A stretch of DNA of 42,029 bases from Armatimonadota bacterium (GTDB lineage: Bacteria; Armatimonadota; DTGP01; JAKQQT01). The number at the start of each line of letters is the position of its first letter. The stretch's first letter is position 1. Where the stretch lies: NCBI GenBank assembly GCA_029564025.1, contig JAKQQT010000507.1, forward strand, positions 1 through 42,029, given 5' to 3'. The translations under genes and the position numbers were made by a program. The notes under the pieces were generated by a model, which searched no databases, was not told where the DNA came from, and was given only the letters and a program-made list of their open reading frames with translations. This document shows positions 1 through 7,950 of the stretch, piece by piece.

Positions 1-321
1 GGCATCGGGCTGACCCAGTCGTTCGCGCTGGAACTGGTAAGCCTGGGCATCAAGGTCAACGCTATTTGCCCCGGAAACTTCTTTGAGGGACCGCTGTGGT
101 CCGACCCCGAGAACGGCCTGTTCGCCCAGTACCTGCGGGAAGGAAAAGCGCCGGGAGCAAAGACCGTGGACGACGTGCGCAGGTTCTACGAGGCCAAGGT
201 ACCGATGGGACGCGGAGTGACCGTGGCTGACATTATGAGAGCCGTGTACTACCTGGTTGAGCAGGAGTACGAAACCGGCCAGGCGTTGCCCGTGACGGGC
301 GGACAGGTGATGTTGCACTGA
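1..321 (+). CDS. srlD: SDR-family oxidoreductase, sorbitol-6-phosphate 2-dehydrogenase-like (5'-truncated by the window edge)
   Basis: Frame 1, translated by hand: GIGLTQSFALELVSLGIKVNAICPGNFFEGPLWSDPENGLFAQYL...KVPMGRG...ETGQALPVTGGQVMLH*. The LTQSFALEL, NAICPGN and TGQ-x-x-VTGGQVM segments resemble SrlD C-termini. Not in the supplied ORF track. Confidence 0.75.
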   Translation, partial: GIGLTQSFALELVSLGIKVNAICPGNFFEGPLWSDPENGLFAQYLREGKAPGAKTVDDVRRFYEAKVPMGRGVTVADIMRAVYYLVEQEYETGQALPVTGGQVMLH

Positions 322-322
322 G

Positions 323-1951
323 ATGAGCCAGGATATACCGACAACCCAGCACGCCGTGTTACTGACCGGGCCGGACCAGGTACGGCTTGAAACCGCGAAA
401 ACCGTCCCCGCGCCGGGACCGCATCAGATTCTGGCGCGCGTGGAAGCCGTGGGGCTGTGCTTCTCCGACTTGAAACTCCTGCACCAGTTCAGCAACCACC
501 CGCGCAAGGGACCGGTCATTTCGGGGATCGATCCGGCTGTTCTGGAAGCGCTGTCCTCGTATGTGCCGGACGACAGGCCCACGGTGCCAGGTCATGAACT
601 GTCGCTCCGCATCGTCGCGGTCGGCGTGGGCGTCGCCGGATTCCGCGTGGGCGAACGCTGGTTGCCGCAACCCGACTTCCGGGGCTTCAAGACGGCCGGA
701 TCGAACGGCGCGATCGGCTACAACTTCGAGGGCGGCCTGCAGGAATACGTGCTTCTCGATGAGAGGATACTCAACGATCCGGAAACCGGGGAATCGTACA
801 TGATTTCGGTCGATGAGGCTGTCAGCGCGGCGGCGGTGGCGCTGGTGGAACCGTGGGGGTGCGTGGAATGTTCCTATGCCACCACCGAGCGGAACTGCGT
901 CAAAGCCGGCGGCCGAGTGCTTGTGATAACCGATGAAGGCGCGAATGAACTGGCCGTTCAGACGTGTTTTTCGCCCGACGGACCACCCGCTGAAATCACG
1001 CGCATCGGCGCCTGTGATGTGGACACTCTCCCGGATGGTTCGTTCGACGATGTCATCTACTTCGGCTCCCGGCGGGAGACAATCGAAGCCCTTAATGACA
1101 AGATCGCCGCCGGTGGAATCATCAACATCGTGCTGGGCGGGAAACGCATCGGCGAACCGGTGTCGGTCGGCGTCGGGCGCATCCACTACGGGCCGACGCG
1201 GTGGGTTGGAACGACCGGGTCGGATCCCGCCGAAGGGTATGCGGTGATACCCGCGAACGGGGAGTTGCGCCGGGGCGACAAAGTGGCCGTGATCGGCGCC
1301 GGCGGGCCGATGGGCCAGATGCACGTGATACGCGCGGTATGTTCCGGCATCCCGGGCCTTTCGGTGTGGGCGATGGACGTGGACGACGCCCGCTTGAAGT
1401 CGATTTCAGCCAAGGCGGAAACCCTGGCGCGCGCGAACGGCGCGGAGTTCCGGGCTGTCAACTCGAAAACGACGTCCGTCGAAGAACCCTTCACATATTA
1501 CGCTCTGATGGCTCCGATACCGGCGTTGCTGGAAAACGCGATCAACAACGCCGCGCCCGGGGCGGTCATCAATGTGTTCGCCGGTATCCCCGCGCCGGTC
1601 CGTCACGGGATCGACCTGGATGCCCTTCTCGAAAAGCGTCTCTTCGTGTTCGGAACCAGCGGCTCCGAAACGGAACACATGCGCATCGTTCTGAAAAAGG
1701 TTGTGGACGGCAGACTCGACACACTGGCCTCGGTGGACGCCGTGTCCGGCATGGCGGGCGCGGTGGACGGACTGGCGGCGGTCGAAAGCCGGACCCTCGC
1801 CGGGAAGATCCTCGTGTATCCGATGTTGCACGACTTGCCGCTGACGCCGCTTTTCTCGATCGGGGAGCGGTTTCCCACGGTTGCGTCCCGGATGGTCGAC
1901 GGGCGCTGGACCCGCGCGGCGGAAGAGGAGTTGTTACGGGTGGCGGACTGA
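323..1951 (+). CDS. Zn-dependent medium-chain dehydrogenase, L-sorbose-1-phosphate reductase (SorE)-like, with an extra Rossmann-like segment
   Basis: GLCFSDLK and PGHE Zn motifs, GYNFEGGLQEY, ALVEPWGCV, GAGGPMG nucleotide-binding loop and GTSGS. At 542 aa it is longer than a typical MDR. Confidence 0.85.
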   Translation: MSQDIPTTQHAVLLTGPDQVRLETAKTVPAPGPHQILARVEAVGLCFSDLKLLHQFSNHPRKGPVISGIDPAVLEALSSYVPDDRPTVPGHELSLRIVAVGVGVAGFRVGERWLPQPDFRGFKTAGSNGAIGYNFEGGLQEYVLLDERILNDPETGESYMISVDEAVSAAAVALVEPWGCVECSYATTERNCVKAGGRVLVITDEGANELAVQTCFSPDGPPAEITRIGACDVDTLPDGSFDDVIYFGSRRETIEALNDKIAAGGIINIVLGGKRIGEPVSVGVGRIHYGPTRWVGTTGSDPAEGYAVIPANGELRRGDKVAVIGAGGPMGQMHVIRAVCSGIPGLSVWAMDVDDARLKSISAKAETLARANGAEFRAVNSKTTSVEEPFTYYALMAPIPALLENAINNAAPGAVINVFAGIPAPVRHGIDLDALLEKRLFVFGTSGSETEHMRIVLKKVVDGRLDTLASVDAVSGMAGAVDGLAAVESRTLAGKILVYPMLHDLPLTPLFSIGERFPTVASRMVDGRWTRAAEEELLRVAD

Positions 1952-3159
1952 TGAAACGCGCGGTTGTGTTCGGTGCGGGAAACATCGGCCGGGGATTTCT
2001 GGGCCAGTTGTTCCACGAATCCGGCTACGTCACCGTTTTCGTGGATGTTCTGGAACCGCTGGTCGAAGCCCTGAACGCACGCGGCGAATACCCCGTTCGC
2101 ATCGTTGACCGCCAGACGAAAACCCTCACGGTTCGCAATGTCAGAGCCCTGCACTCGAACGACCTCGATGCCGTGGCGACAGAATTGGCGGCGGCAGATA
2201 TCGCGGCGACGGCGGTCGGCGGTCCGGTCCTCCCCCATATTGCACCCGCTTTGGCTTCGGGGATCGCCAGACGGTTCGTGAACCCCCGGGCGTTGCCGCT
2301 AAACATCATCGTCTGCGAAAACCTGATCCACGCCGGACCGCATCTGCGCGCACTGGTTCAGCGGTATCTTGACCCGTCGCTCCACGGTTTGCTGGAAGAA
2401 CGCGTCGGATTCGTTGAAGCCAGCATCGGGCGGATGGTCCCGGTGATGACGCCGGAAGTCAGGGCGGAAGATCCCCTGTTGATCGAAGTCGAGGCGTACT
2501 GCGAACTGCCGGTCGACGCCGACGGTTTCCGCGGTCCCGTACCCGACATCGCCCATCTGCTTCCGTTACCCAATTTCGGCGCGATTGTGGAGCGCAAACT
2601 GTACGTTCACAATGCCGGGCACGCGTCAGCGGCCTACCTCGGGTACCTAAGACGTTGCGAGTTTGTATGGCAGGCGGTCGAGGATCCGTTCATCCGGCGC
2701 GTCACCAGGGGCGCTATGTCGGAATCGTGCCTTGGCCTCAGCCGCAAGCACGGCGTGCCCCTGGCCGAACTGCAGGCCCACGCGGAGGACTTGCTCCGCC
2801 GATTCCACAACAAGGCGCTCGGCGACCAGGTGGCGCGGGTGGCGAAGGATCCGATGCGAAAACTGGGACCCGAGGACCGACTGATCGGCGCCGCCCGGAT
2901 GTGTCTTGAGCAGGGCGTGGAACCGTCGAACCTCGCGCTGGCGTGTGCCGCGGCCTTGCGGTTCGACGATCCGAATGATCCCTCGGCCGTCAGACTTCAG
3001 GCCGTCCGCGCGGAATCGGGCGATGAAGGCGTGTTGACGGAGGTGTGCCGACTCTCGCCCGGTCATCCCCTCCGGAGCCTGATTCTGTCCGCCGCCGAAC
3101 GCCTGTCAGGACGGCTTGACGGCGACAGCCTCGATCTCGATCAGCACGTTGAACGGTAG
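1951..3159 (+). CDS. mtlD: Mannitol-1-phosphate 5-dehydrogenase family protein
   Basis: True start is ATG 1951 (TGATG overlap with the upstream stop). Motifs MKRAVVFGAGNIGRGF, IIVCEN, IGRMVP, ERKLYVHNAGHA, RFHN, RVAKDPMRKLGPEDRL. Confidence 0.9.
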   Translation: MKRAVVFGAGNIGRGFLGQLFHESGYVTVFVDVLEPLVEALNARGEYPVRIVDRQTKTLTVRNVRALHSNDLDAVATELAAADIAATAVGGPVLPHIAPALASGIARRFVNPRALPLNIIVCENLIHAGPHLRALVQRYLDPSLHGLLEERVGFVEASIGRMVPVMTPEVRAEDPLLIEVEAYCELPVDADGFRGPVPDIAHLLPLPNFGAIVERKLYVHNAGHASAAYLGYLRRCEFVWQAVEDPFIRRVTRGAMSESCLGLSRKHGVPLAELQAHAEDLLRRFHNKALGDQVARVAKDPMRKLGPEDRLIGAARMCLEQGVEPSNLALACAAALRFDDPNDPSAVRLQAVRAESGDEGVLTEVCRLSPGHPLRSLILSAAERLSGRLDGDSLDLDQHVER

Positions 3160-3492
3160 CGCGGCCACCTGCACTGCGCTCCGGGCGGGCGGATTCGTGT
3201 GAAAAACCTCGCCGTAGATCGTATTGACGATTCCGTAGTGGCCGATGTCGGTCAGGAAGATGGTCGTTTTCAGCACATCCTCGGGACCGCAACCGGCGGC
3301 CTTCAAAGCGCCCAGCAGGTTGTCCAGAGTCTGCTTCGTCTGTTCGTGGATGTCGCCCATCACGACCGTGCGGGATTTGGGGTCCAGCGGAATCTGGCCT
3401 GAGATGAACACCAGTCCGTTGGCTTCCACAACCGGCGAGTAAGGGGCTCCGGCCGCGGCGATCGGGCCGTCGTAGGTTTTCTTGGCGGACAT
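3106..3492 (-). CDS. ridA: RidA/YjgF/UK114 family enamine/imine deaminase
   Basis: APYS, LVFISGQIPLDP, KTTIFL, PPARSAVQVAALP, IEIEAVA. GAGGA SD upstream. Confidence 0.92.
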   Translation of the reverse strand: MSAKKTYDGPIAAAGAPYSPVVEANGLVFISGQIPLDPKSRTVVMGDIHEQTKQTLDNLLGALKAAGCGPEDVLKTTIFLTDIGHYGIVNTIYGEVFHTNPPARSAVQVAALPFNVLIEIEAVAVKPS

Positions 3493-3512
3493 GTCAATTC
3501 CTCGTGCGCGGG

Positions 3513-4295
3513 TTATTCCGGGGGTGCGAAGGTCATCACATCGGGCGAATTGGCGGCAATCACCGAGTATCCCGCGCGTACGGCGATACCGGTCGCGGAT
3601 CCCCCTGCTGTATTGTAGAGAAAAGTGATGTCGGCTCCGTCTTTCCTCGATTGCCGCGTTACGAAATTCAGCAGTGCCAGTCCGATGCCTTTACCCTGCA
3701 TTTCCGGCTTCACGCTAATCCGTCCGACGTTGGCGACGCCGTTTCGCAGGGAGAACGAGCAGGCCCCGGACGGTACGCCGTCGTAGAGTCCGAACCAGTA
3801 CCACGTTTGCGGAGCACGGAAGCGAACGGTTTCCATGGCGCGGGTTTCGGAACGGGCGGGCTCGGTCAAATCGGATGTGATGATGTTGAGCCAGGTTTCG
3901 AGCGTCGCGTTCGTCACCATCGTCATGTAAACCTGGGGCTTCGTGAAGATGGAGGGCGATGCCGGATCCCAGAGCATCGTGTCCAGCGTGGGTCCGGGAT
4001 AACGCGACCAACCGGATCGCGCCAGGCGGTCGTACAGGCCGGGCGGTTGCGCCAAAGGATCGATGAGGACGGACGCTGTGCGCTTGCGCTTGTGGTAGAA
4101 GGCTTTGATGCGCTCGATCAAGGCATCGGCGTTATCGGGATCGGAGCGCAGAAGGGCGGCGTGATTCCATTCCCACAACGAAGGGGCGCGCCCGTCCGCC
4201 ACGAGACGGGCGCCGTCCCAATCTTCCATGACGTCGGCGACGGAGTCCTTCATCGCGAAATCGGCGTCGTATATGCGTTGGAGGATGTCGGTCAT
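3513..4295 (-). CDS. GNAT family N-acetyltransferase
   Basis: C-terminal motif A, ISVKPEMQGKGIGLALL. Likely start ATG 4295 (MTDILQRI); the longer ORF-track start overlaps the upstream gene. Confidence 0.8.
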   Translation of the reverse strand: MTDILQRIYDADFAMKDSVADVMEDWDGARLVADGRAPSLWEWNHAALLRSDPDNADALIERIKAFYHKRKRTASVLIDPLAQPPGLYDRLARSGWSRYPGPTLDTMLWDPASPSIFTKPQVYMTMVTNATLETWLNIITSDLTEPARSETRAMETVRFRAPQTWYWFGLYDGVPSGACSFSLRNGVANVGRISVKPEMQGKGIGLALLNFVTRQSRKDGADITFLYNTAGGSATGIAVRAGYSVIAANSPDVMTFAPPE

Positions 4296-4304
4296 GGCGA
4301 CGCG

Positions 4305-4333
4305 GTAGGGGCAGGTTACCAACCCGCCCCTGC
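4305..4333 (+). repeat. GTAG-tagged REP-like palindrome
   Basis: GTAGGGGCAGGTT-ACC-AACCCGCCCCTGC, an imperfect inverted repeat in a short intergenic gap. Confidence 0.55.
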
Positions 4334-4336
4334 ACG

Positions 4337-5302
4337 TTACAGCGTGATCCGCTTTCCTTCTTTCTGGCTCTGGTAAACAGCCTGCGCAATGCGCACGGCT
4401 TGCAGACCGTCGTTGGCGGTGATGGCCGGTTGGCGGTTTTCGCGGATGGCCGACAGGAACTCGATGACTTCCTTCTCGAAGCGCCACGGACCTTCCGGCG
4501 TCAGTTCCTTCCAGTCGCTGGAGCCTTTTTCCAGAATCTGGGATTTGCCGGTGTTGTAGTCCACCACGGCCGCGCCCTCACTGCCGTAAACTTCCACGAT
4601 GTTGGCGCTACCGGGGGTGGACCAGCTTCCTTCAATGACTCCCACGGCGCCGCTTTTCGCGCCCAGCATCATCACGCAGGAGTCTTCCACCCGGTAGTTG
4701 GGCGCATAGGCGGCGGTGAATCCGTCCACCCAGGCAACGTCGCCGGCCAGGAATCGGAAAATGTCGATGGAGTGGATGGAGGTGTCCAGCGCCGCGCCGC
4801 CGCCCGCGATATCGGGGTCTCCGAACCACTTGCCGGTCATATCCTGCCGTCCGCCGAAGCGGTTGCGGACCATCAGCACGCGTCCGAGTTTGCCGTCGTT
4901 GATGGCGGTTTTGATCTGCTCGAGGGGCGACTCGTAGCGGTGGCAGAACGCGAGCATCAGGATGGTCTTCGTGCGCTCGGCGGCGTCCACCATCGCCTGT
5001 GCTTCGGCAACCGTGCGCGCCATGGGCTTCTCGCACAGCACGGGTACGCCGGCTTCCAGGCAGGGAATCACGCCGTCGCCGTGAAACTTCGGCGGACTGC
5101 AGACGCTTACGGCGTCCGGTTTGGCGTTGGCCAGCAGTTCCTGCGGAGTCGCGAAGGATGCTGTTCCCCATTCTTTTTCGGCGCGCTCGCGGGCGGCCGG
5201 AGACGGATCGACTACAGCGCTGATCTCAACGCCGGGTTGGGCAATGTACGAGTTGCGGTGGAGTCCGGCGATACCGCCGGCGCCGATGATGGCTACTTTC
5301 AA
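4337..5302 (-). CDS. Gfo/Idh/MocA family oxidoreductase
   Basis: KVAIIGAGGIA, VLCEKPMA, GGGAALDTSIHSID. Probable TTG start at 5302 behind an AGAAGAGG SD. Confidence 0.9.
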   Translation of the reverse strand: MKVAIIGAGGIAGLHRNSYIAQPGVEISAVVDPSPAARERAEKEWGTASFATPQELLANAKPDAVSVCSPPKFHGDGVIPCLEAGVPVLCEKPMARTVAEAQAMVDAAERTKTILMLAFCHRYESPLEQIKTAINDGKLGRVLMVRNRFGGRQDMTGKWFGDPDIAGGGAALDTSIHSIDIFRFLAGDVAWVDGFTAAYAPNYRVEDSCVMMLGAKSGAVGVIEGSWSTPGSANIVEVYGSEGAAVVDYNTGKSQILEKGSSDWKELTPEGPWRFEKEVIEFLSAIRENRQPAITANDGLQAVRIAQAVYQSQKEGKRITL

Positions 5303-5424
5303 GGCAAAACCTCTTCTTTGATATTTGGGTGGGAATGCGAAAACGGAGCGGGCTGACACACGCGATCCGCCAAGGAATTATGTCACATTACGGAACCGGC
5401 AGGCCAAACACGGGGAGATGCGAC

Positions 5425-6690
5425 TCACTTGCCCTGGTTCGATAGGCGTTCGAGGACGGTGGCCGTTTCCTTGTCCCTGGGAGCAAGTTTCAGTGAATTC
5501 TGATACGCGTCGACGGCCTGGGAAACGGCGTTTGCGCGTTCGTACACGGAGCCCAGTTTGAACCAAACGTCGGCATCCGGCCGGATGGCCAGCGCGGAGC
5601 GGTACTCCTTCAAGGCGCCGTCGTTGTCGCCCGCTTCAAAGCGTTCGTCGCCGGCGAGGATGTGCCTGGCGCGTTTCTTCTCTGTCGGCGATAGCGGCTG
5701 AGACGGCGATGCGAACAGCGTGTGTTCCACGCCCAGCGTCGGGGATACCTTCGCCATTGGTCTGACCGCTCGCTGGCGGTCGGCATCACTGTCGAAATTG
5801 TAATAGGACGCAACGGCTTCCAGGTCTCTCAGATCCTCACGGTTGGTTTCCCGCCCGATTCCGGCCTGGAATCCCAAAGCCCCGCCGGGCGACTGGTTCG
5901 GAGCCAGGTCTGTTATTCGGTCCAAGCCAACCTTGCCGCCGGAGGTTCCTGCCGCGCCGACCAGGGGCTTCGACTCCGTAGAGGGCTCCGCCGCCTTGAA
6001 CGATCCGGTCGGGGCCGGCGCGGCGGCGGGAGCAGGTGCGGGCGCAGTCGCTCGGGTAAGCCGTGCCGCAGTCGGCGGTGTCACCTTCTCTCCAGAGATC
6101 GGGGCTCCGACTGCCGGAGCAGGAACGGTTATCGCGGGTACGGACGGCTTCTCCGCAACTACATTCAACTTATCCCCGCGTTGGATTTCCGTTTTTGGTT
6201 GGACTGCTGGCTTCTTGTCTGCCTCGGCCTTGGGAGATGAAACTGTGAGATTGCCGGCGGGAGGAGCCGCGCCTTTGGGCTTCGTATGATCGCGCAGTCC
6301 TTGCGGCTCGGCGGTATCGGGTACCGCAGACGCAGGTTTATGCTCCACCCGAGTTTCCTGAACCGGCGTGCGGAACGGATTGGCGTAGAAGATGAAAACG
6401 GCCGTGGCGACCACCGCAACCGGCGCGAGTGCTGGTCGCCATACGGAGCGGCGTGGGGTCGGTTGCGCCGTCAGTTCCCGACGAACCCGGCTCCACAAGC
6501 CCAAATCATCTGCGGCCGGAACGCGCGGCGCGGCGGCTTTCAGGACATACGAGGCCGCGCGGAGTTTCTCCAACTCCGACCGGCAGACGTCACAGGTCTC
6601 CAGATGGCGCTCGATGCGGCGGGACTCGGCGGGAGACAGGGCTCCCTCGAGGTATCCGGCCAACCGATTTGTCACGTGTCCCCAGGCCAT
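5425..6690 (-). CDS. Anti-sigma factor: zf-HC2/ZAS domain, TM helix, Pro/Ala-rich linker, C-terminal TPR repeats
   Basis: YLEGALS...HLETCDVC (HxxxCxxC), hydrophobic LAPVAVVATAVFIFY, TPR-like GDNDGALKEYRSALAIRP / VWFKLGSVY...AVDAYQNSLKLAP. Lies 9 nt downstream of an ECF sigma gene. Confidence 0.85.
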   Translation of the reverse strand: MAWGHVTNRLAGYLEGALSPAESRRIERHLETCDVCRSELEKLRAASYVLKAAAPRVPAADDLGLWSRVRRELTAQPTPRRSVWRPALAPVAVVATAVFIFYANPFRTPVQETRVEHKPASAVPDTAEPQGLRDHTKPKGAAPPAGNLTVSSPKAEADKKPAVQPKTEIQRGDKLNVVAEKPSVPAITVPAPAVGAPISGEKVTPPTAARLTRATAPAPAPAAAPAPTGSFKAAEPSTESKPLVGAAGTSGGKVGLDRITDLAPNQSPGGALGFQAGIGRETNREDLRDLEAVASYYNFDSDADRQRAVRPMAKVSPTLGVEHTLFASPSQPLSPTEKKRARHILAGDERFEAGDNDGALKEYRSALAIRPDADVWFKLGSVYERANAVSQAVDAYQNSLKLAPRDKETATVLERLSNQGK

Positions 6691-6699
6691 CCTCGTTGC

Positions 6700-7290
6700 C
6701 TACAATGCCTCGCTGAGGCTTTCCCTTAATTTCCGCACCGCGTAGTGAATCCTGCTCCACACCGTGCCGATGCGTGTTCCGGTTATCTCGGCGATTTCCT
6801 CGCCGGACTTGTTCTCAAAAAAGTGCAGGATGATCACCGCCCGGTGCTTCTCCGGCAACGCGTGCACCGCGTCGCGGACGGCCGATTCCGAAAACCTCTT
6901 CCAAAGCACGGATTCCGGCGATTCCGCCACGTCCGACGGCAATCGTTCGGACCAGTCAGTATCATCCGCTTGCGGGTCGGCCCGTTGTGACTCGTACCGG
7001 GCGATTTTCGACGCGTGCCTCATTGCCGTGTTGAGCGCGATACGGTACAGCCACGTGCTGAACCGGGCGTCGCCCCGGAACGTATTCAGCGACCGGAACG
7101 CCCGTATGAAAACTTCCTGTGTTACGTCCTCGGCGTCTTCAGGATACCGCAAAGCCCGGGCCACCACCCGGCCGACCATCGGCTGGTAGCGTTCCACAAT
7201 CGCCCCGAATGCGTCCGTGTCTCCCGCCCGACATCGGGCGACTGCCTGGGCATCCGGGTCCTGCGCGATTTGTCTGCCGCGTGTGAACAC
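6700..7290 (-). CDS. ECF-family RNA polymerase sigma factor (RpoE/SigW-like)
   Basis: DAEDVTQEVFIRAF, FSTWLYRIALN (region 2); LPEKHRAVIILH...EEIAEITGTRIGTVWSRIHYA (region 4.2). Confidence 0.93.
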   Translation of the reverse strand: MFTRGRQIAQDPDAQAVARCRAGDTDAFGAIVERYQPMVGRVVARALRYPEDAEDVTQEVFIRAFRSLNTFRGDARFSTWLYRIALNTAMRHASKIARYESQRADPQADDTDWSERLPSDVAESPESVLWKRFSESAVRDAVHALPEKHRAVIILHFFENKSGEEIAEITGTRIGTVWSRIHYAVRKLRESLSEAL

Positions 7291-7327
7291 TGTTGTGATT
7301 CCGCGCGGCTCCGATGTATCCGATTAC

Positions 7328-7355
7328 TCAGACTCCCGGCGCCGCGAAAACCTTC
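7328..7355 (-). promoter_or_regulatory. Candidate ECF-type (autoregulatory) promoter
   Basis: The minus strand reads GAAGGT-N16-GTCTGA, ~37 nt upstream of the sigma start. It resembles the GAACTT-N16/17-TCTGA promoters of RpoE/AlgU-type ECFs. Confidence 0.35.
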
Positions 7356-7358
7356 AAA

Positions 7359-7937
7359 TCAAGCCATCGGACCCGGTCCGCGCAATATGTGGTCCGCCAG
7401 GATTTTAACACCAATACCCACCAGTACCAGCCCTCCTGTCAGTTCCATCTGGCGGCCGAACCGTTGTCCGAGCCGCGATCCCAAACGCATACCGATGATG
7501 GTCATCACCCCGGCGACGATGCCGATTACGATGACCGCCGACCAGATGGTGACATTCAGCATGGCGAACGACAGGCCCACCGCCAAGGCGTCGATGCTGA
7601 CCGCGATGGAGAGGCTGACCATGGTGAGCCCCCGGGTCGGGTCGGAACGGTCCTGTTCATCGTCACCGCCGAGCGCACCCAGAACCGCCTTTCCGCCCAC
7701 GAGCAACAACAGCGCGAAAGCGATCCAGTGGTCCCAGGTCGAGAACGATTGCGCCAGGCGTGTGCCGGCCAGCCAGCCGATCAGCGGCATCAGCGCCTGG
7801 AACAGCCCGAAGTGGAACGAAAGACGAAACACCTGGCGCGCCGAAACACTGCCAAGGGCAACTGAACAGGCGATGGACACCGCGAAGGCGTCCATCGCCA
7901 GGCCAAAAGCGACCGCCAGTAATTCAAGGGTGCTCAC
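7359..7937 (-). CDS. mntP: Manganese efflux pump MntP
   Basis: GLAMDAFAVSI, FGLFQALMPLIGW, DHWIAF, AVSIDALAVG, ELTGGLVLVGIG. Confidence 0.93.
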   Translation of the reverse strand: MSTLELLAVAFGLAMDAFAVSIACSVALGSVSARQVFRLSFHFGLFQALMPLIGWLAGTRLAQSFSTWDHWIAFALLLLVGGKAVLGALGGDDEQDRSDPTRGLTMVSLSIAVSIDALAVGLSFAMLNVTIWSAVIVIGIVAGVMTIIGMRLGSRLGQRFGRQMELTGGLVLVGIGVKILADHILRGPGPMA

Positions 7938-7950
7938 GGCAACGGGGCTT

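Noticed and set aside
1201-1950. 250-aa N-terminal extension of MtlD in the ORF track
   Set aside because: It is an Arg-rich shadow frame overlapping the MDR gene; the real start is ATG 1951.
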